NCBI RefSeq assembly: GCF_001949145.1
Contig: NW_019091358.1
Coordinates: forward strand, 4,124,238-4,162,456
Reading direction: 5' to 3'
Origin: Acanthaster planci
Lineage: Eukaryota
Length of the DNA stretch: 38,219 bases
The notes under the pieces are model-generated. The model saw only the letters and a program-made list of their open reading frames with translations. It searched no databases and was not told the origin of the DNA. The position numbers and the translations under genes are program-made. Shown here in pieces: positions 30,291 to 38,219 of the stretch (positions are counted from its first letter, which is position 1; the number at the start of each line of letters is the position of its first letter).

Positions 30291-33200
30291 CATATTGCCA
30301 TATTCTTGCCACAGAATGCTCAAATCTTGCTGTTTAATGCTTTTTTGCCACATTGCCATGTTCTTGTCGCAGCGTACCCAAATCTTGCCATTTCACGTAT
30401 GTTCTTGCCATACCTTATTCTTGCCATATGGAATGCTCAAATCTTGCCATTTAATTAATGTGTGTTCTTGACACTTCGCTATATCTTGCCACAGANNNNN
30501 NNNNNNNNNNNNNNNNNNNNNNNNNNNNNNNNNNNNNNNNNNNNNNNNNNNNNNNNNNNNNNNNNNNNNNNNNNNNNNNNNNNNNNNNNNNNNNNNNNNN
30601 NNNNNNNNNNNNNNNNNNNNNNNNNNNNNNNNNNNNNNNNNNNNNNNNNNNNNNNNNNNNNNNNNNNNNNNNNNNNNNNNNNNNNNNNNNNNNNNNNNNN
30701 NNNNNNNNNNNNNNNNNNNNNNNNNNNNNNNNNNNNNNNNNNNNNNNNNNNNNNNNNNNNNNNNNNNNNNNNNNNNNNNNNNNNNNNNNNNNNNNNNNNN
30801 NNNNNNNNNNNNNNNNNNNNNNNNNNNNNNNNNNNNNNNNNNNNNNNNNNNNNNNNNNNNNNNNNNNNNNNNNNNNNNNNNNNNNNNNNNNNNNNNNNNN
30901 NNNNNNNNNNNNNNNNNNNNNNNNNNNNNNNNNNNNNNNNNNNNNNNNNNNNNNNNNNNNNNNNNNNNNNNNNNNNNNNNNNNNNNNNNNNNNNNNNNNN
31001 NNNNNNNNNNNNNNNNNNNNNNNNNNNNNNNNNNNNNNNNNNNNNNNNNNNNNNNNNNNNNNNNNNNNNNNNNNNNNNNNNNNNNNNNNNNNNNNNNNNN
31101 NNNNNNNNNNNNNNNTTAGCCAGAGTGGGTGAGAAAATGTGGGTGACTGCGGATTTCATGCGGTGCCTGGGGGTATATTTCTCCCAAACGGAGGTACGTC
31201 CCGGGTTTTCCCGATAACCGCTCGTCGGGAGGGCCTAATCCTGAGCGTCTGTCTGACGGCACACCACTGGCGAGTGTGAGGGTCGGCGGCACGCTACAAT
31301 ATGTTTAGTTTTTAGTTTTTCTTTTGATAATGTGATTTGGCTGCAGTTGATGGGAGATAAAGGTGGACATCTCAAATTTGCCATAAGTGGTGATGATAAT
31401 GTTATACATGTAGTGCTATGAGAAATGTTCCCTGCAGCATAGAGCATCAAGGGGTTGCATTGTGCATTGTGATTATTAGCAAATTGAAAAATCTACAATT
31501 TTGTTTGCAGTTGACTGTGCAAGACTATTTTTGGGTGTGGTTTGCTTTATCTGAAAGACTTCATTAAGGTTATTGAAATTTAATGTGAGCCCTCAAGAAA
31601 CTACATATTTCGAAATTAATTTTGAGGGATCACCTCAACATGGAACAATTTTTTGTATGACAATCTGCTCAGTCTTAGCTCTTGCATCTATATTATCTTT
31701 TGGCTGAAAGGATTTTATTTTTGAGAAAATCAAGATCTGGTAACTATGGCCTAATGTTCAAATGGATTTATGTCAGGCAAATGCCTTATTTGCAGACTCA
31801 TGAGAATCATTTCAAAAGTGTTTGTCTTGTATAAATTCAATCTCATATTTTGCAACATGAAGTATTATTTGCTATAACAGCAGACTTTGCACAGGAGCCA
31901 AGTTTAATATGGTCCACTTCCTCGGACTTCTCTTAGTGTCAACAAATAGAGCAGCAGGACTACAGGGTGGTGACTTTGGCGAGTGTGTGGTGGCTTAGAC
32001 CCTCTTCCTGGCCATCCCTAAGGTCCAGACTGCAGGATCATATTTATGCATCCTCTGACAGTGATGAACTGTTAAAATTGAAGACGCACCTGCTTCACCA
32101 GTCAGTGCTGGAGGAAGAGGATGTGTTCCTCTGAGGAACTAATCTCAGGCCAAGGATTCATCAAGGGTCATCATGCAGCTGTAATCAGACAAGATGGTGG
32201 TAGTTTCGGCTCCCATGGTCAGCTGCACCCTCCTGACTCGGTTAATTTTAATGGAGGAATGATGGAGTCCCAGACATCTGCATACCTGTACCAAAGCTCA
32301 TCTTAGCTTACTGCTTTCAGTTGTCAAGGTAAGGCGTCTGTTGTTTCTTATCTGGCAGTGGAATCATAATCTTTTGGAATACTGAATTGTGACTAATTTG
32401 GATCAGTGTTCAAATGATAAACCTTTTATGAATGAGTATAATGTATACGACTTGAGAGGATATGTTTCCTGATGAGTATTATATACATGTGGCTTACATG
32501 TTCCTGTATGTCCAACAAGACTTATAGTCACATTCTTGCATTTAAAGTTTTTAGTATGCCCGCCAAAAAATGTTTCAATTGCATTCCTATTGTAAATGTA
32601 CATACATTTGAAGTACTTGATATTATTGACAAGATTTTGCAAAACTTTACATTGAATACATAAAAGTCAGAGTTGATAACCATTCTTACTTGGGACTGCT
32701 TCAAGCCTTCATGTAAATTGCCCTAGCATACATACATACATGTACATACATACATGTGGACAAATATTGGGTATGTCCTATGAGTCAACAATGTTTTGCA
32801 GAAAAGCTGGTTGTGTAACAGACTCTCTGTGAACAATCAGCAAAAAGGTGTATTATGTCACATAAATTTGAGTTTGAAGTTACATGTATATAATCAAATT
32901 GCTCACATGCTATGCTTTCATTTGATCATTCATCCCAGTGGCATTTTACGTTTTGGAGTTATTTTCCATTTGCATATTCATGGAATTTCATTTTATCACA
33001 CATGTTTTTTTAAATAATGCCCTTTAAACAGAACAAAACAGAAACACTGAACTTAAATTACACTTTCTTGTTTTCTTTAGCAGCAGAGGCTTTCTGGTCA
33101 AGCAAATGGCCTCAAAGTATTTCTAAATACTTTACCCTCGGCACGAGGAATGGGCTATTACTCGTTTTTGCATTGCACGACTTACTACACCTCTTTGCAG

Positions 33201-36200
33201 ATAGAGCGGGTCACATTTACTTATTTATACTGCAGATAATTAAAGACCATACCCAACAACAGACTGATCATTGAAAGATTATTGTGTATCTTCTGTACTT
33301 GCAGGTCAGAAATGACTGAAAACTTTTGTTTTCTTCTCACTTCATCCTTCAAGAGTACTAGAAAGGTGTCTGCTTAATTACAGATTCAGGGAAGTGACAG
33401 TATTGGGCGTGATACAATTTCCTTTTTTCCCCCCATTTTTCCTCAATATTTTTCTTGAATGAATGTCAAATATAAATATCTTCTGTCTAAAAAAGGTTTC
33501 AGATTATGCCCCTTACTTCCGCGTAAACACATGCAATTGAGTGGTGAAGACTACATTTTCATGTGATGACCTTTTCTCTCAGTAAAAACTATCCAGAAAC
33601 TACCCTTTCTTAAAACAGGCATGATGTTTAACTTTCCTGATGGAAGTAAAAGTTTGTGTCAAACATCTTAAGGTTGGTGCCCATTTACATCGAAAAGAGT
33701 GTATGGCCACGCAGTTCGAATTCTCAAATTAAGTGTCCTTTTTTTTGAAGGGGCATGATTACAAGTTTCAGACTTGCACTCGCAGCACTAAATCAGCCCC
33801 CAGTTGATCACCAGTGAAATGAATTTGAAAGTTTTTGAAATGGGTGCATCCTACTCCAAACTTGAGTTTTGCATTAGTCAAAGAATTTTGTTCTTATTTT
33901 ATATTGACTAAAATTTAGGGAAGAGTATGCAAAATACCCTTTGTTTCCAATTACTTCTGTATATCATCAGCAGGGAAATTTAGTGAATGTAACTTTGAGG
34001 CAAAATAGTTAATTTTCAGTCGGGGTTTTATAAAGAAAAATGAGCAAAGACTGAAGTACGCATATGGTACAACATATAGAAAGTTCTTTGAGTAAAAACT
34101 CATATTGGTTGACGTTGTCAACTTATGAATTTCAAAATTGACATGTTTTGACACGTATCATTTCTCAATTTCCCTTATCAGTTAAAGGTATTGCCCAAAA
34201 GTCTTACACGTACATTACTGGATAGTTACACTGCAATTAGTTCATCCATCTTTGACACAAGTGAAGACATGCATGAGATGAATAAATAATAAATAAGGTG
34301 CCAAAATGAGGACAAAATAGTCAAGATTTGGCCAAAACAGGTTTTCAACTTCATTTAACACACCACCCAAATGAAAAACTTTTTCCTCATTAGTTTGATA
34401 ACCACGTTCATGGTTGTGATGCATGTGAGTTATTTCCACATTTTAACTTTGTCCAAGGATTTGCCTATGTTTGCATTATCATGTGCAATTTAAAAAACAA
34501 ATTTTGGTGTAAATCTGTTTAAGAGTGTTTACAGAATTCGAGAAGCATTAAACACTTTTGGGCACAACTGTCATTTTGTTCTTGAGAATGAAAGCTGTTA
34601 GTGGCAAATAAAAATGGTTGTTCTCTGAACCAATAAGTTGGGTTAACAGTGAATCATCTGAAGTGGCTCGGGGCCATGCACTTGAAGATTGCATGCAATA
34701 CAGTATGTACTGTACACTGGATAGTTAAAGACGAGACAAAGAAATTAATATGGTAGCAGGGAAGCTCCTTGCTTCTTCAGGGAGTGGTCATCCCTGCCAA
34801 CTGCATGCCTCAGGTCCAACTGACCCGGTTGGTAGTACCTGGTAAGGGTCCCTGACTCAGGGTTACGAGTGAAGTGTACCTCATAGTGAACTTGAGTAGA
34901 TGCCTAAATATGATAGAATATGAAGTACATTTGTACTGATCAGCAGAGTGGAATACTCTACTTGTTGAGACCTGCACAAAGGCTTGATGATGCTCGTCTT
35001 CGTTGAAGCTTATCATCAACTCCACTGAATCTGGTGAGCAGCCAGATACTAGACAAGACCCTCTGAGACGAAGGTGAACTTACAGTTTCAGCAGTGGTGC
35101 ACTGCACCGACTTCACTGCCAAAGGATTTTGCAGCAGGAGTTGGCATGAACACACCAGACGACCGTGGATGCAGCATTAATGATACAGTGTTCAGTGTAT
35201 GATGTAGTGTTTGCACTATCATTCATCTGAAACAGTCCATTGGAACTCAACACAAACAGGCCTGTGGACAGCAGTGACACTTAAACTAATGGGGATGATT
35301 CTATAAGCTCCTTCTACTGCACAGAACTTCACTGAAACTTGAACGATGGGAGTTTTGTGTGCCCTTTGACAACTTGGACTTGTCTGCAGTCGGGTTCATA
35401 AGAGTGACATCACAGTTTAAGCCACACCCACAGCACATGCACTGCACATAGAGTTCCATGCATTGATCGCTGTTAACTTGGAACCTTGGACCGGAAGTTA
35501 ACACACAACTTCAGCGATTGTCCAATGGGAGCCTGCAAATCGGCGTGCATCTGCCTTTGTGACGAAGTCACTTACGAACCGGGTAACATCCTTAGTTCTG
35601 AGCTTATTCACTTGCAACCTGTAACAATCATTGTTACAGTGTACATACAGTGTACATTTATGCATTTGTTTCTTTACCAGAAATTCACAAATTTCACGAC
35701 ATGTGAATGTGTCAAATAAAATGCAGAATTTATCTTTAAATCTACTGGTACCATGTTTTACAGTAAGACTATTCATATATTCATATTCATAATTGTTCAT
35801 GGAATTTTCTGGTCAGGGAATGTACTTGTAAAGTTTAGTATCTTTCCTTATATATACCGCCCTCTTGCTACATGTATTTGTATGGTTTTCAACCTTACAA
35901 TGTAATTGGGCTATCATCTATCTGCCATTTAGAACCCCACAACTTGCTAGTTCATAACAAATTTCCTGTTTATACAAAGGTTTCAGGTGCCTGATCCTTG
36001 GAACAGCCCAACATCAGGGTGACACTGGGGCATCAATCTCCAGCTGTCGGTGAAGGCACAACTACCTTGTAGCTGTCTGTTTGTTTAGGAAATCAGTGTG
36101 AACGTATTGTACGGAATGTGTAATTTCTCTCATGTACATGTACCTGTGCTTGAATCAAGTGTTATTTTTTTTGTTTATCTTAAGCCTTAAAGTGTCCATG

Positions 36201-36621
36201 CAATTCACTTGTACAGCCCTTGAAAATGCACTTATGTGTTTCAACATGAAATCATTTCTGATTTTTTTCAGCTATTTGAAATTGTAATGTGGTGACTCTT
36301 TGGCTGATGCTTTATTGCAGTTTCCATATCATGGGAGAAACTGTCACATCATCCCGGGAAGGAGAACTATAGTGTCATATATGCATCTCCTTGGCGTCCC
36401 CCCAAAAAACAACGATCTACATTTCCTTTCCCGGGAATGCTTCAATGAGCAAACGTTGGGTTCACGATTTGAATAGAAAACCTGAATTGAACAGGGCCCT
36501 CTCTGCTTGACGTAATAGGAATAGCTTCTTCTGTTGTCTGGAAAACACGTAGACAACACTCTTTTTATAGTACACTTGACCCTTATGGCATAGAAAAACA
36601 TCAAATTGAACAAAAAGTGCC

Positions 36622-36684
36622 TCTTAACCCTAACCCTCCTCAATCCTCCAACAGGTGAAGGATTGAAGAGGGTTAGGGTTAAGA
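36622..36684. repeat. 29-bp-arm hairpin containing TAACCC/TTAGGG units and TTAA near both ends
   Basis: TCTTAACCCTAACCCTCCTCAATCCTCCA-acagg-TGAAGGATTGAAGAGGGTTAGGGTTAAGA (27/29). Confidence 0.85.
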
Positions 36685-36792
36685 AACTCTATGCTTGGAC
36701 ACTTTAAATTCATAATAATGATTTTCATTGAACACAGTAAGGGTGGTTACTTTTAATGTTAGTGTTTTAATGTTGGGTTTTGCTTTGACCAA

Positions 36793-37046
36793 CAAGGGTG
36801 GATCCAGGGGGATAACAAAGGCCAACCTCTCCCCCGGAAAAAAAGCCCAGAATGAAATAATGAAAGCCTCATTTTTGGTGTGCTTCACTTCCCGTCCCTG
36901 AAAAAGCAACTTAAAACCCCAAAATGTACATATGTAGCCTTGTCCCTCAGAGAAACCACAGAAATTTACATGAAAAAAGTGTCAAATTTTGGATCCCCCA
37001 AAAGTTTTGCCTCCTCCCCCAAAATATGATTCTTGATCCATCCTTG
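36793..37046. mobile_element. MITE with CAAGGGTGGATC-type ends, nested in the putative foldback element
   Basis: CAAGGGTGGATCCAG ... CTTGATCCATCCTTG (13/15). Confidence 0.6.
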
Positions 37047-38219
37047 TGGGCCAATATTTATGCAAAACTGCTTGAAGCACTACTGGTAGAAGTGGTGAGC
37101 ACTCCTGTATTTTAAGCCATTTAATTATTCCCTGTGGTTTTGTTGATAAGAAGTTGTGCAATATTTTGATGTCCGGCTTGCATTATTGGAATGTTCACAC
37201 GTTGCAGGTATCTGTGAGTATGCTTGCACATTTTCAAGCATCTTCCTAAAATTTGGCATGTTGCAAGGAAAAGTTGTCACTTACATGTAGATGATCACCA
37301 ATAACAAAGGTTACAAATGCACATAATGGAATTGTAAAGGTGGAAGACTTCATCACTCGATTCATCGATATTCAGTTTACCAGGTGCATTCCGGTGAATA
37401 GTGTCCCCATAATTATAAGGTCGATCGCGTGAAAAATTTAGTTATAATATGTACCATATTTACAGAAGTTGAAAGTAGTGCTCTTCAAAGTTATTGCACC
37501 CTTAAAGGAACTCAAATTGTCAGTCATTCCAGAATGAAGATCCATGAAGATTAAATCTGAGGAATACATGAATACATGCAGTTACATGTATTAACAAGAT
37601 AAATTCAGCAGATACCTTAGATACTCTTTGATGGTTGATATTAGGATGATTTTTATGGTGATTTCTTGATTGTTATTCAGCTGAATTGATAAATCTAGTA
37701 ATGTTCTCGAAATTTCCCACAATTTGTCTTCAGTGATTCCAGTCTGTGCTAGGCATCTGATATGGGACAAGTTTATGCAGACTTCAGGCTTGTGCTGGTT
37801 CCCATTCAGTGTTTTGAAGACCAAACCAACATACATGCAGCATCATTGTGGGTTTAGCCCACCTATTCCAGAATGTGTCATCACTGAAATCATTAATGTT
37901 TCTTTGCCAATAATTAAATGTAGGGACGTGTTTGTTGGCTGGAAGCTGGCTAACAAGGCTGAAAAACATGAAACGGTCAGACCCGGCCGGCATTAGCAAA
38001 GAACATGGCAATACATCCTGTCAAGAACGGACTTACGTGTGATGGTAAAATTTTGCATTCTATGGCAAAAAATAAGCAACAACAGACAGTGGCAGAATGT
38101 AGCAATATGGCAAGAACAGGCATATGAATTGGCGAGATTTGGGTGATCCTGTGGCAAGATATAGCGAAGTGTCAAGAACACACATTAATTAAATGGCAAG
38201 ATTTGAGCATTCCATATGG

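Larger units (their letters stand above)
29916..38219. mobile_element. Probable large foldback-type DNA transposon; right end extends beyond the window
   Basis: 30424-30494 is the exact reverse complement of 38149-38219 (71 nt). TTAGCCAG at 31116-31123 mirrors CTGGCTAA at 37946-37953. The outer part of the left arm is the minisatellite. Left boundary approximate. Confidence 0.65.

Noticed and set aside
29787..30471. 223-aa and 179-aa Cys/Pro/Leu-repeat ORFs
   Set aside because: Open in several frames only because the minisatellite unit lacks stops.
31890..32330. Exon-like GC-richer block ending in caag|gtaagg
   Set aside because: Stops in all frames examined and no recognisable protein; may be degraded element cargo or a non-coding exon, but unsupported.

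Overview
Intron-rich animal genomic DNA from a draft assembly with five N-gaps. The dense TACATGTA motifs and the repeat types suggest a marine invertebrate such as an echinoderm, hemichordate or amphioxus (inference only). Two convergent spliced genes are reconstructed exon by exon. On the + strand are the last four coding exons of a CDC34/UBE2R ubiquitin-conjugating enzyme (7971-12008); exon 1 was not found in the window. On the - strand is a complete 11-exon galactose-1-phosphate uridylyltransferase, GALT (27530-20644, 358 aa). The rest is mostly mobile-element sequence: a pogo/Tc2-type element, hAT, piggyBac-type and Harbinger-type MITEs, a tRNA-SINE remnant, and a probable >8 kb foldback element whose long, tandem-repeat-containing inverted ends run off the right edge. 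The most notable signal is a 220-bp insertion between the two genes, flanked by an 11-12 bp direct repeat, that folds into a 64-bp hairpin with a minimal hammerhead-ribozyme core in its loop (Penelope-like retroelement signature). Also notable: two piggyBac-type MITEs enclose a symmetric CDC34 exon as a composite unit, and comparing them indicates that TACATGTA/TACCGTA motifs are small insertions at TA sites resembling transposon excision footprints. Almost all ORF-track entries are spurious.
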